Counted from the stretch's first letter, positions 12,001 through 27,209 are shown. The stretch is DNA of 64,000 bases from Auanema rhodensis (GCA_964057225.1 OZ059900.1:20460001-20524000), one strand, 5' to 3'. Notes: a model not told the origin generated them from the letters alone. Made by a program: numbers and translations.

Positions 12001-15000
12001 ACGACTCATATGAACAAAAATCGATTTAATCAATATTAGCCATAAGGGGCGTGCCCTCAGAATATGCTAATTTCCTTAATTTTCTAACCCCTGTTTTTTT
12101 GTCGTGAAAGTGGAACTAGACGTTGAACGGACAATTTTGAGCTAGGTTTCATTGACATTGCATGAGTTTGAACACATGAAATCGTAAGTCAAAACCTTGT
12201 TTACAGCGAAATTTAAAAAACTGGTTTTCCAGCATAATAAAATATTTCTCATGGGAAATACTGTGTTTTTGTATTTTTCTAGTGTTCAGCATGTAAAATG
12301 CTTCATTTTAGTATGTAACACGCTGAAATTCGTTGCATTTGACGACTCATATGAACAAAAATCGATTTAATCAATATTAGCCATAAGGGGCGTGCCCTCA
12401 GAATATGCTAATTTCCTTAATTTTCTAACCCCTGTTTTTTTGTCGTGAAACTGGAACTAGACGTTGAACGGACAATTTTGAGCTAGGTTTCATTGACATT
12501 GCATGAGTTTGAACACATGAAATCGTAAGTCAAAACCTTGTTTACAGCGAAATTTCCAAAAACTGGTTTTCCAGCATAATAAAATATTTCTCAAGGGAAA
12601 TACTGTGTTTTTGTATTTTTCTAGTGTTCAGCATGTAAAATGCTTCATTTTAGTATGTAACACGCTGAAATTCGTTGCATTTGACGACTCATATGAACAA
12701 AAATCGATTTAATCAATATTAGCCATAAGGGGCGTGCCCTCAGAATATGCTAATTTCCTTAATTTTCTAACCCCTGTTTTTTTGTCGTGAAAGTGAAACT
12801 AGACGTTGTACGAACAATTTTGAGCTAGGTTTCATTGACATTGCATGAGTTTGAACACATGAAATCGTAAGTCAAAACCTTGTTTACAGCGAAATTTCCA
12901 AAAACTGGTTTTCCAGCATAATAAAATATTTCTCATGGGAAATACTGTATTTTTGTATTTTTCTAGTGTTCAGCATGTAAAATGCTTCATTTTAGTATGT
13001 AACACGCTGAAATTCGTTGCACTTGACGACTCATATGAACAAAAATCGATTTAATCAATATTAGCCATAAAGGGCGTGCCCTCAGAATATGCTAATTTCA
13101 TTAATTTTCTAACCCCTGTTTTTTTGTCGTGAAAGTGGAACTGGACGTTGTACGAACAATTTTGAGCTAGGTTTCATTGACATTGCATGAGTTTGAACAC
13201 ATGAAATCGTAAGTCAAAACCTTGTTTACAGCGAAATTTCCAAAAACTGGTTTTCCAGCATAATAAAATATTTCTCATGGGAAATACTGTGTTTTTGTAT
13301 TTTTCTAGTGTTCAGCATGTAAAATGCTTCATTTTAGTATGTAACACGCTGAAATTCGTTGCATTTGACGACTCATATGAACAAAAATCGATTTAATCAA
13401 TATTAGCCATAAGGGGCGTGCCCTCAGAATATGCTAATTTCATTAATTTTCTAACCCCTATTTTTTGTCGTGAAAGTGGAACTAGACGTTGTACGAACAA
13501 TTTTGAGCTGGGTTTCATTGACATTGCATGAGTTTGAACACATGAAATCGTAAGTCAAAACCTTGTTTACAGCGAAATTTCCAAAAACTGGTTTTCCAGC
13601 ATAATAAAATATTTCTCATGGGAAATACTGTGTTTTTGTATTTTTTCAGTGTTCAGCATGTAAAATGCTTCATTTTAGTATGTAACACGCTGAAATTTGT
13701 TGCATTTGACGACTCATATGAACAAAAATCGATTTAATCAATATTAGCCATAAGGGGCGTGCCCTCAGAATATGCTAATTTCCTTAATTTTCTAACCCCT
13801 GTTTTTTTGTCGTGAAAGTGGAACTAGACGTTGTACGAACAATTTTGAGCTAGGTTTCATTGACATTGCATGAGGTTGAACACATGAAATCGTAAGTCAA
13901 AACCTTGTTTACAGCGAAATTTCCAAAAACTGGTTTTCCAGCATAATAAAATATTTCTCATGGGAAATACTGTGTTTTTGTATTTTTCTAGTGTTCAGCA
14001 TGTAAAATGCTTCATTTTAGTATGTAACACGCTGAAATTTGTTGCATTTGACGACTCATATGAACAAAAATCGATTTAATCAATATGAGCCATAAGGGGC
14101 GTGCCCTCAGAATATGCTAATTTCCTTAATTTTCTAACCCCTGTTTTTTTGTCGTGAAAGTGGAACTAGACGTTGTACGAACAATTTTGAGCTAGGTTTC
14201 ATTGACATTGCATGAGTTTGAACACATGAAATCGTAAGTCAAAACCTTGTTTACAGCGAAATTTAAAAAACTGGTTTTCCAGCATAATAAAATATTTCTC
14301 ATGGGAAATACTGTGTTTTTGTATTTTTCTAGTGTTCAGCATGTGAAATGCTTCATTTTAGTATGTAACACGCTGAAATTCGTTGCATTTGACGACTCAT
14401 ATGAACAAAAATCGATTTAATCAATATTAGCCATAAGGGGCGTGCCCTCAGAATATGCTAATTTCCTTAATTTTCTAACCCCTGTTTTTTTGTCGTGAAA
14501 GTGGAACTAGACGTTGAACGGACAATTTTGAGCTAGGTTTCATTGACATTGCATGAGTTTGAACACATGAAATCGTAAGTCAAAACCTTGTTTACAGCGA
14601 AATTTCCAAAAACTGGTTTTCCAGCATAATAAAATATTTCTCAAGGGAAATACTGTGTTTTTGTATTTTTCTAGTGTTCAGCATGTAAAATGCTTCATTT
14701 TAGTATGTAACACGCTGAAATTCGTTGCATTTGACGACTCATATGAACAAAAATCGATTTAATCAATATTAGCCATAAGGGGCGTGCCCTCAGAATATGC
14801 TAATTTCCTTAATTTTCTAACCCCTGTTTTTTTGTCGTGAAAGTGGAACTAGACGTTGAACGGACAATTTTGAGCTAGGTTTCATTGACATTGCATGAGT
14901 TTGAACACATGAAATCGTAAGTCAAAACCTTGTTTACAGCGAAATTTAAAAAACTGGTTTTCCAGCATAATAAAATATTTCTCATGGGAAATACTGTGTT

Positions 15001-15026
15001 TTTGTATTTTTCTAGTGTTCAGCATG

Positions 15027-17935
15027 TAAAATGCTTCATTTTAGTATGTAACACGCTGAAATTCGTTGCATTTGACGACTCATATGAACAAAAATCGATT
15101 TAATCAATATTAGCCATAAGGGGCGTGCCCTCAGAATATGCTAATTTCCTTAATTTTCTAACCCCTGTTTTTTTGTCGTGAAAGTGGAACTAGACGTTGA
15201 ACGGACAATTTTGAGCTAGGTTTCATTGACATTGCATGAGTTTGAACACATGAAATCGTAAGTCAAAACCTTGTTTACAGCGAAATTTCCAAAAACTGGT
15301 TTTCCAGCATAATAAAATATTTATCATGGGAAATACTGTGTTTTTGTATTTTTCTAGTGTTCAGCATGTAAAATGCTTCATTTTAGTATGTAACACGCTG
15401 AAATTCGTTGCATTTGACGACTCATATGAACAAAAATCGATTTAATCAATATTAGCCATAAGGGGCGTGCCCTCAGAATATGCTAATTTCCTTAATTTTC
15501 TAACCCCTGTTTTTTTGTCGTGAAAGTGGAACTAGACGTTGTACTAACAATTTTGAGCTAGGTTTCATTGACATTGCATGAGTTTGAACACATGAAATTG
15601 TAAGTCAAAACCTTGTTTACAGCGAAATTTCCAAAAACTGGTTTTCCAGCATAATAAAATATTTCTCATGGGAAATACTGTGTTTTTGTATTTTTCTAGT
15701 GTTCAGCATGTGAAATGCTTCATTTTAGTATGTAACACGCTGAAATTCGTTGCATTTGACGACTCATATGAACAAAAATCGATTTAATCAATATTAGCCA
15801 TAAGGGGCGTGCCCTCAGAATATGCTAATTTCCTTAATTTTCTAACCCCTGTTTTTTTGTCGTGAAAGTGGAACTAGACGTTGAACGGACAATTTTGAGC
15901 TAGGTTTTATTGACATTGCATGAGTTTGAACACATGAAATCGTAAGTCAAAACCTTGTTTACAGCGAAATTTCCAAAAACTGGTTTTCCAGCATAATAAA
16001 ATATTTCTCATGGGAAATACTGTGTTTTTGTATTTTTCTAGTGTTCAGCATGTAAAATGCTTCATTTTAGTATGTAACACGCTGAAATTCGTTGCATTTG
16101 ACGACTCATATGAACAAAAATCGATTTAATCAATATTAGCCATAAGGGGCGTGCCCTCAGAATATGCTAATTTCCTTAATTTTCTAACCCCTGTTTTTTC
16201 GTCGTGAAAGTGGAACTAGACGTTGTACGAACAATTTTGAGCTAGGTTTCATTGACATTGCATGAGTTTGAACACATGAAATCGTAAGTCAAAACCTTGT
16301 TTACAGCGAAATTTCCAAAAACTGGTTTTCTAGCATAATAAAATATTTCTCATGGGAAATACTGTGTTTTTGTATTTTTCTAGTGTTCAGCATCTAAAAT
16401 GCTTCATTTTAGTATGTAACACGCTGAAATTCGTTGCATTTGACGACTCATATGAACAAAAATCGATTTAATCAATATTAGCCATAAGGGGCGTGCCCTC
16501 AGAATATGCTAATTTCCTTAATTTTCTAACCCCTGTTTTTTTGTCGTGAAAGTGGAACTAGACGTTGAACGGACAATTTTGAGCTAGGTTTCATTGACAT
16601 TGCATGAGTTTGAACACATGAAATCGTAAGTCAAAACCTTGTTTACAGCGAAATTTCCAAAAACTGGTTTTCCAGCATAATAAAATATTTATCATGGAAA
16701 ATACTGTGTTTTTGTATTTTTCTAGTGTTCAGCATGTAAAATGCTTCATTTTAGTATGTAACACGCTGAAATTCGTTGCATTTGACGACTCATATGAACA
16801 AAAATCGATTTAATCAATATTAGCCATAAGGGGCGTGCCCTCAGAATATGCTAATTTCCTTAATTTTCTAACCCCTGTTTTTTTGTCGTGAAAGTGGAAC
16901 TAGACGTTGTACTAACAATTTTGAGCTAGGTTTCATTGACATTGCATGAGTTTGAACACATGAAATTGTAAGTCAAAACCTTGTTTACAGCGAAATTTCC
17001 AAAAACTGGTTTTCCAGCATAATAAAATATTTCTCATGGGAAATACTGTGTTTTTGTATTTTTCTAGTGTTCAGCATGTGAAATGCTTCATTTTAGTATG
17101 TAACACGCTGAAATTCGTTGCATTTGACGACTCATATGAACAAAAATCGATTTAATCAATATTAGCCATAAGGGGCGTGCCCTCAGAATATGCTAATTTC
17201 CTTAATTTTCTAACCCCTGTTTTTTTGTCGTGAAAGTGGAACTAGACGTTGAACGGACAATTTTGAGCTAGGTTTTATTGACATTGCATGAGTTTGAACA
17301 CATGAAATCGTAAGTCAAAACCTTGTTTACAGCGAAATTTCCAAAAACTGGTTTTCCAGCATAATAAAATATTTCTCATGGGAAATACTGTGTTTTTGTA
17401 TTTTTCTAGTGTTCAGCATGTAAAATGCTTCATTTTAGTATGTAACACGCTGAAATTCGTTGCATTTGACGACTCATATGAACAAAAATCGATTTAATCA
17501 ATATTAGCCATAAGGGGCGTGCCCTCAGAATATGCTAATTTCCTTAATTTTCTAACCCCTGTTTTTTCGTCGTGAAAGTGGAACTAGACGTTGTACGAAC
17601 AATTTTGAGCTAGGTTTCATTGACATTGCATGAGTTTGAACACATGAAATCGTAAGTCAAAACCTTGTTTACAGCGAAATTTCCAAAAACTGGTTTTCTA
17701 GCATAATAAAATATTTCTCATGGGAAATACTGTGTTTTTGTATTTTTCTAGTGTTCAGCATCTAAAATGCTTCATTTTAGTATGTAACACGCTGAAATTC
17801 GTTGCATTTGACGACTCATATGAACAAAAATCGATTTAATCAATATTAGCCATAAGGGGCGTGCCCTCAGAATATGCTAATTTCCTTAATTTTCTAACCC
17901 CTGTTTTTTTGTCGTGAAAGTGGAACTAGACGTTG
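15027..17935 (+). repeat. Tandem duplication of a 4-monomer unit (1368 bp)
   Basis: Variant pairs are offset by 1368: 15200/16568, 15323/16691, 15545/16913, 16200/17568 and 16394/17762. Confidence 0.85.
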
Positions 17936-20900
17936 TACGAACAATTTTGAGCTAGGTTTCATTGACATTGCATGAGTTTGAACACATGAAATCGTAAGTC
18001 AAAACCTTGTTTACAGCGAAATTTCCAAAAACTGGTTTTCCAGCATAATAAAATATTTCTCATGGGAAATACTGTATTTTTGTATTTTTCTAGTGTTCAG
18101 CATGTAAAATGCTTCATTTTAGTATGTAACACGCTGAAATTCGTTGCACTTGACGACTCATATGAACAAAAATCGATTTAATCAATATTAGCCATAAAGG
18201 GCGTGCCCTCAGAATATGCTAATTTCATTAATTTTCTAACCCCTGTTTTTTTGTCGTGAAAGTGGAACTAGACGTTGTACGAACAATTTTGAGCTAGGTT
18301 TCATTGACATTGCATAAGTTTGAACACATGAAATCGTAAGTCAAAACCTTGTTTACAGCGAAATTTCCAAAAACTGGTTTTCCAGCATAATAAAATATTT
18401 CTCATGGGAAAAACTGTGTTTTTGTATTTTTCTAGTGTTCAGCATGTAAAATGCTTCATTTTAGTATGTAACACGCTGAAATTCGTTGCATTTGACGACT
18501 CATATGAACAAAAATCGATTTAATCAATATTAGCCATAAGCGGCGTGCCCTCAGAATATGCTAATTTCCTTAATTTTCTAACCCCTGTTTTTTTGTCGTG
18601 AAAGTGGAACTAGACGTTGAACGGACAATTTTGAGCTAGGTTTTATTGACATTGTATGAGTTTGAACACATGAAATCGTAAGTCAAAACCTTGTTTACAG
18701 CGAAATTTCCAAAAACTGGTTTTCCAGCATAATAAAATATTTCTCATGGGAAATACTGTGTTTTTGTATTTTTCTAGTGTTCAGCATGTAAAATGCTTCA
18801 TTTTAGTTAGTAACACGCTGAAATTCGTTGCATTTGACGACTCATATGAACAAAAATCGATTTAATCAATATTAGCCATAAGGGGCGTGCCCTCAGAATA
18901 TGCTAATTTCCTTAATTTTCTAACCCCTGTTTTTTTGTCATGAAAGTGGAACTAGACGTTGTACTAACAATTTTGAGCTAGGTTTCATTGACATTGCATG
19001 AGTTTGAACACATGAAATTGTAAGTCAAAACCTTGTTTACAGCGAAATTTCCAAAAACTGGTTTTCTAGCATAATAAAATATTTCTCATGGGAAATACTG
19101 TGTTTTTGTATTTTTCTAGTGTTCAGCATCTAAAATGCTTCATTTTAGTATGTAACACGCTGAAATTCGTTGCATTTGACGACTCATATGAACAAAAATC
19201 GATTTAATCAATATTTGCCATAAGGGGCGTGCCCTCAGAATATGCTAATTTCCTTAATTTTCTAACCCCTGTTTTTTTGTCGTGAAAGTGGAACTAGACG
19301 TTGAACGGACACTTTTGAGCTAGGTTTTATTGACATTGTATGAGTTTGAACACATGAAATCGTAAGTCAAAACCTTGTTTACAGCGAAATTTCCAAAAAC
19401 TGGTTTTCCAGCATAATAAAATATTTCTCATGGGAAATACTGTGTTTTTGTATTTTTCTAGTGTTCAGCATGTAAAATGCTTCATTTTAGTTAGTAACAC
19501 GCTGAAATTCGTTGCATTTGACGACTCATATGAACAAAAATCGATTTAATCAATATTAGCCATAAGGGGCGTGCCCTCAGAATATGCTAATTTCCTTAAT
19601 TTTCTAACCCCTGTTTTTTTGTCGTGAAAGTGGAACTAGACGTTGTACGAACAATTTTGAGCTAGGTTTCATTGACATTGCATGAGTTTGAACACATGAA
19701 ATCGTAAGTCAAAACCTTGTTTACAGCGAAATTTCCAAAAACTGGTTTTCCAGCATAATAAAATATTTCTCATGGGAAATACTGTGTTTTTGTATTTTTC
19801 TAGTGTTCAGCATGTAAAATGCTTCATTTTAGTATGTAACACGCTGAAATTCGTTGCATTTGACGACTCATATGAACAAAAATCGATTTAATCAATATTA
19901 GCCATAAGGGGCGTGCCCTCAGAATATGCTAATTTCCTTAATTTTCTAACCCCTGTTTTTTTGTCGTGAAAGTGGAACTAGACGTTGTACGAACAAATTT
20001 GAGCTAGGTTTCATTGACATTGCATGAGTTTGAACACAAGAAATCGTAAGTCAAAACCTTATTTACAGCGAAATTTTCAAAAACTGGTTTTCCAGCATAA
20101 TAAAATATTCCTCATGGGAAATACTGTGTTTTTGTATTTTTCTAGTGTTCAGCATGTAAAATGGTTTATTTTAGTATGTAACACGCTGAAATTCGTTGCA
20201 TTTGACGACTCATATGAACAAAAATCGATTTAATCAATATTAGCCATAAGGGGCGTGCCCTCAGAATATGCTAATTTCCTTAATTTTCTAACCCCTGTTT
20301 TTTTGTCGTGAAAGTGGAAGTAGACGTTGTACGAACAATTTTGAGCTAGGTTTCATTGACATTGCATGAGTTTGAACACATGAAATCGTAAGTCAAAACC
20401 TTGTTTACAGCGAAATTTCCAAAAACTGGTTTTCCAGCATAATAAAATATTTCTCATGGGAAATACTGTGTTTTTGTATTTTTCTAGTGTTCAGCATGTA
20501 AAATGCTTCATTTCAGTATGTAACACGCTGAAATTCGTTGCATTTGACGACGCATATGAACAAAAATCGATTTAATCAATATTAGCCATAAGGGGCGTGC
20601 CCTCAGAATATGCTAATTTCCTTAATTTTCTAACCCCTGTTTTTTCGTCGTGAAAGTGGAACTAGACGTTGTACGAACAATTTTGAGCTAGGTTTCATTG
20701 ACATTGCATGAGTTTGAACACATGAAATCGTAAGTCAAAACCTTGTTTACAGCGAAATTTCCAAAAACTGGTTTTCTAGCATAATAAAATATTTCTCATG
20801 GGAAATACTGTGTTTTTGTATTTTTCTAGTGTTCAGCATCTAAAATGCTTCATTTTAGTATGTAACACGCTGAAATTCGTTGCATTTGACGACTCATATG

Positions 20901-23900
20901 AACAAAAATCGATTTAATCAATATTAGCCATAAGGGGCGTGCCCTCAGAATATGCTAATTTCCTTAATTTTCTAACCCCTGTTTTTTTGTCGTGAAAGTG
21001 GAACTAGACGTTGAACGGACAATTTTGAGCTAGGTTTCATTGACATTGCATGAGTTTGAACACATGAAATCGTAAGTCAAAACCTTGTTTACAGCGAAAT
21101 TTCCAAAAACTGGTTTTCCAGCATAATAAAATATTTATCATGGAAAATACTGTGTTTTTGTATTTTTCTAGTGTTCAGCATGTAAAATGCTTCATTTTAG
21201 TATGTAACACGCTGAAATTCGTTGCATTTGACGACTCATATGAACAAAAATCGATTTAATCAATATTAGCCATAAGGGGCGTGCCCTCAGAATATGCTAA
21301 TTTCCTTAATTTTCTAACCCCTGTTTTTTTGTCGTGAAAGTGGAACTAGACGTTGTACTAACAATTTTGAGCTAGGTTTCATTGACATTGCATGAGTTTG
21401 AACACATGAAATTGTAAGTCAAAACCTTGTTTACAGCGAAATTTCCAAAAACTGGTTTTCCAGCATAATAAAATATTTCTCATGGGAAATACTGTGTTTT
21501 TGTATTTTTCTAGTGTTCAGCATGTGAAATGCTTCATTTTAGTATGTAACACGCTGAAATTCGTTGCATTTGACGACTCATATGAACAAAAATCGATTTA
21601 ATCAATATTAGCCATAAGGGGCGTGCCCTCAGAATATGCTAATTTCCTTAATTTTCTAACCCCTGTTTTTTTGTCGTGAAAGTGGAACTAGACGTTGAAC
21701 GGACAATTTTGAGCTAGGTTTTATTGACATTGCATGAGTTTGAACACATGAAATCGTAAGTCAAAACCTTGTTTACAGCGAAATTTCCAAAAACTGGTTT
21801 TCCAGCATAATAAAATATTTCTCATGGGAAATACTGTGTTTTTGTATTTTTCTAGTGTTCAGCATGTAAAATGCTTCATTTTAGTATGTAACACGCTGAA
21901 ATTCGTTGCATTTGACGACTCATATGAACAAAAATCGATTTAATCAATATTAGCCATAAGGGGCGTGCCCTCAGAATATGCTAATTTCCTTAATTTTCTA
22001 ACCCCTGTTTTTTCGTCGTGAAAGTGGAACTAGACGTTGTACGAACAATTTTGAGCTAGGTTTCATTGACATTGCATGAGTTTGAACACATGAAATCGTA
22101 AGTCAAAACCTTGTTTACAGCGAAATTTCCAAAAACTGGTTTTCTAGCATAATAAAATATTTCTCATGGGAAATACTGTGTTTTTGTATTTTTCTAGTGT
22201 TCAGCATCTAAAATGCTTCATTTTAGTATGTAACACGCTGAAATTCGTTGCATTTGACGACTCATATGAACAAAAATCGATTTAATCAATATTAGCCATA
22301 AGGGGCGTGCCCTCAGAATATGCTAATTTCCTTAATTTTCTAACCCCTGTTTTTTTGTCGTGAAAGTGGAACTAGACGTTGTACGAACAATTTTGAGCTA
22401 GGTTTCATTGACATTGCATGAGTTTGAACACATGAAATCGTAAGTCAAAACCTTGTTTACAGCGAAATTTCCAAAAACTGGTTTTCCAGCATAATAAAAT
22501 ATTTCTCATGGGAAATACTGTATTTTTGTATTTTTCTAGTGTTCAGCATGTAAAATGCTTCATTTTAGTATGTAACACGCTGAAATTCGTTGCACTTGAC
22601 GACTCATATGAACAAAAATCGATTTAATCAATATTAGCCATAAAGGGCGTGCCCTCAGAATATGCTAATTTCATTAATTTTCTAACCCCTGTTTTTTTGT
22701 CGTGAAAGTGGAACTAGACGTTGTACGAACAATTTTGAGCTAGGTTTCATTGACATTGCATAAGTTTGAACACATGAAATCGTAAGTCAAAACCTTGTTT
22801 ACAGCGAAATTTCCAAAAACTGGTTTTCCAGCATAATAAAATATTTCTCATGGGAAAAACTGTGTTTTTGTATTTTTCTAGTGTTCAGCATGTAAAATGC
22901 TTCATTTTAGTATGTAACACGCTGAAATTCGTTGCATTTGACGACTCATATGAACAAAAATCGATTTAATCAATATTAGCCATAAGCGGCGTGCCCTCAG
23001 AATATGCTAATTTCCTTAATTTTCTAACCCCTGTTTTTTTGTCGTGAAAGTGGAACTAGACGTTGAACGGACAATTTTGAGCTAGGTTTTATTGACATTG
23101 TATGAGTTTGAACACATGAAATCGTAAGTCAAAACCTTGTTTACAGCGAAATTTCCAAAAACTGGTTTTCCAGCATAATAAAATATTTCTCATGGGAAAT
23201 ACTGTGTTTTTGTATTTTTCTAGTGTTCAGCATGTAAAATGCTTCATTTTAGTTAGTAACACGCTGAAATTCGTTGCATTTGACGACTCATATGAACAAA
23301 AATCGATTTAATCAATATTAGCCATAAGGGGCGTGCCCTCAGAATATGCTAATTTCCTTAATTTTCTAACCCCTGTTTTTTTGTCATGAAAGTGGAACTA
23401 GACGTTGTACTAACAATTTTGAGCTAGGTTTCATTGACATTGCATGAGTTTGAACACATGAAATTGTAAGTCAAAACCTTGTTTACAGCGAAATTTCCAA
23501 AAACTGGTTTTCTAGCATAATAAAATATTTCTCATGGGAAATACTGTGTTTTTGTATTTTTCTAGTGTTCAGCATCTAAAATGCTTCATTTTAGTATGTA
23601 ACACGCTGAAATTCGTTGCATTTGACGACTCATATGAACAAAAATCGATTTAATCAATATTTGCCATAAGGGGCGTGCCCTCAGAATATGCTAATTTCCT
23701 TAATTTTCTAACCCCTGTTTTTTTGTCGTGAAAGTGGAACTAGACGTTGAACGGACACTTTTGAGCTAGGTTTTATTGACATTGTATGAGTTTGAACACA
23801 TGAAATCGTAAGTCAAAACCTTGTTTACAGCGAAATTTCCAAAAACTGGTTTTCCAGCATAATAAAATATTTCTCATGGGAAATACTGTGTTTTTGTATT

Positions 23901-25040
23901 TTTCTAGTGTTCAGCATGTAAAATGCTTCATTTTAGTTAGTAACACGCTGAAATTCGTTGCATTTGACGACTCATATGAACAAAAATCGATTTAATCAAT
24001 ATTAGCCATAAGGGGCGTGCCCTCAGAATATGCTAATTTCCTTAATTTTCTAACCCCTGTTTTTTTGTCGTGAAAGTGGAACTAGACGTTGTACGAACAA
24101 TTTTGAGCTAGGTTTCATTGACATTGCATGAGTTTGAACACATGAAATCGTAAGTCAAAACCTTGTTTACAGCGAAATTTCCAAAAACTGGTTTTCCAGC
24201 ATAATAAAATATTTCTCATGGGAAATACTGTGTTTTTGTATTTTTCTAGTGTTCAGCATGTAAAATGCTTCATTTTAGTATGTAACACGCTGAAATTCGT
24301 TGCATTTGACGACTCATATGAACAAAAATCGATTTAATCAATATTAGCCATAAGGGGCGTGCCCTCAGAATATGCTAATTTCCTTAATTTTCTAACCCCT
24401 GTTTTTTTGTCGTGAAAGTGGAACTAGACGTTGTACGAACAAATTTGAGCTAGGTTTCATTGACATTGCATGAGTTTGAACACAAGAAATCGTAAGTCAA
24501 AACCTTATTTACAGCGAAATTTTCAAAAACTGGTTTTCCAGCATAATAAAATATTCCTCATGGGAAATACTGTGTTTTTGTATTTTTCTAGTGTTCAGCA
24601 TGTAAAATGGTTTATTTTAGTATGTAACACGCTGAAATTCGTTGCATTTGACGACTCATATGAACAAAAATCGATTTAATCAATATTAGCCATAAGGGGC
24701 GTGCCCTCAGAATATGCTAATTTCCTTAATTTTCTAACCCCTGTTTTTTTGTCGTGAAAGTGGAAGTAGACGTTGTACGAACAATTTTGAGCTAGGTTTC
24801 ATTGACATTGCATGAGTTTGAACACATGAAATCGTAAGTCAAAACCTTGTTTACAGCGAAATTTCCAAAAACTGGTTTTCCAGCATAATAAAATATTTCT
24901 CATGGGAAATACTGTGTTTTTGTATTTTTCTAGTGTTCAGCATGTAAAATGCTTCATTTCAGTATGTAACACGCTGAAATTCGTTGCATTTGACGACGCA
25001 TATGAACAAAAATCGATTTAATCAATATTAGCCATAAGGG
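16150..25040 (+). repeat. Recent tandem duplication of a 13-monomer unit (4446 bp x2)
   Basis: Private variants are offset by exactly 4446: 16200/20646, the ORF variant with Y/W substitutions at 20024/24470, 20514/24960 and 20552/24998. The match breaks before ~16107 and after ~25091. Confidence 0.92.
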
Positions 25041-27209
25041 GCGTGCCCTCAGAATATGCTAATTTCCTTAATTTTCTAACCCCTGTTTTTTTGTCGTGAA
25101 AGTGGAACTAGACGTTGTACGAACAATTTTGAGCTAGGTTTCATTGACATTGCATGAGTTTGAACACAAGAAATCGTAAGTCAAAACCTTGTTTACAGCG
25201 AAATTTCCAAAAACTGGTTTTCCAGCATAATAAAATATTTCTCATGGGAAATACTGTGTTTTTGTATTTTTCTAGTGTTCAGCATGTAAAATGCTTCATT
25301 TAAGTATGTAACACGCTGAAATTCGTTGCATTTGACGACTCATATGAACAAAAATCGATTTAATCAATATTAGCCATAAGGGGCGTGCCCTCAGAATATG
25401 CTAATTTCCTTAATTTTCTAACCCCTGTTTTTTTGTCGTGAAAGTGGAACTAGACGTTGTACGAACAATTTTGAGCTAGGTTTCATTGACATTGCATGAG
25501 TTTGAACACATGAAATCGTAAGTCAAAACCTTGTTTACAGCGAAATTTCCAAAAACTGGTTTTCCAGCATAATAAAATATTTCTCATGGGAAATACTGTA
25601 TTTTTGTATTTTTCTAGTGTTCAGCATGTAAAATGCTTCATTTTAGTATGTAACACGCTGAAATTCGTTGCACTTGACGACTCATATGAACAAAAATCGA
25701 TTTAATCAATATTAGCCATAAAGGGCGTGCCCTCAGAATATGCTAATTTCATTAATTTTCTAACCCCTGTTTTTTTGTCGTGAAAGTGGAACTAGACGTT
25801 GTACGAACAATTTTGAGCTAGGTTTCATTGACATTGCATGAGTTTGAACACATGAAATCGTAAGTCAAAACCTTGTTTACAGCGAAATTTCCAAAAACTG
25901 GTTTTCCAGCATAATAAAATATTTCTCATGGGAAATACTGTGTTTTTGTATTTTTCTAGTGTTCAGCATGTAAAATGCTTCATTTTAGTATGTAACACGC
26001 TGAAATTCGTTGCATTTGACGACTCATATGAACAAAAATCGATTTAATCAATATTAGCCATAAGGGGCGTGCCCTCAGAATATGCTAATTTCCTTAATTT
26101 TCTAACCCCTGTTTTTATGTCGTGAAAGTGGAACTAGACGTTGTACGAACAATTTTGAGCTAGGTTTCATTGACATTGCATGAGTTTGAACACATGAAAT
26201 CGTAAGTCAGAACCTTGTTTACAGCGAAATTTCCAAAAACTGGTTTTCCAGCATAATAAAATATTTCTCATGGGAAATACTGTGTTTTTGTATTTTTCTA
26301 GTGTTCAGCATGTAAAATGCTTCATTTAAGTATGTAACACGCTGAAATTCGTTGCATTTGACGACTCATATGAACAAAAATCGATTTAATCAATATTAGC
26401 CATAAGGGGCGTGCCCTCAGAATATGCTAATTTCCTTAATTTTCTAACCCCTGTTTTTTGTCGTGAAAGTGGAACTAGACGTTGTACGAACAATTTTGAG
26501 CTAGGTTTCATTGACATTGCATGAGTTTGAACACATGAAATCGTAAGTCAAAACCTTGTTTACAGCGAAATTTCCAAAAACTGGTTTTCCAGCATAATAA
26601 AATATTTCTCATGGGAAATACTGTGTTTTTGTATTTTTCTAGTGTTCAGCATGTAAAATGCTTCATTTTAGTATGTAACACGCTGAAATTCGTTGCATTT
26701 GACGACTCATATGAACAAAAATCGATTTAATCAATATTAGCCATAAGGGGCGTGCCCTCAGAATATGCTAATTTCCTTAATTTTCTAACTCCTGTTTTTT
26801 TGTCGTGAAAGTGGAACTAGACGTTGTACGAACAATTTTGAGCTAGGTTTCATTGACATTGCATGAGTTTGAACACATGAAATCGTAAGTCAAAACCTTG
26901 TTTACAGCGAAATTTCCAAAAACTGGTTTTCCAGCATAATAAAATATTTCTCATGGGAAATACTGTGTTTTTGTATTTTTCTAGTGTTCAGCATGTAAAA
27001 TGCTTCATTTTAGTATGTAACACGCTGAAATTCGTTGCATTTGACGACTCATATGAACAAAAATCGATTTAATCAATATTAGCCATAAGGGGCGTGCCCT
27101 CAGAATATGCTAATTTCCTTAATTTTCTAACCCCTGTTTTTTTGTCGTGAAAGTGGAACTAGACGTTGTACGAACAATTTTGAGCTAGGTTTCATTGACA
27201 TTGCATGAA

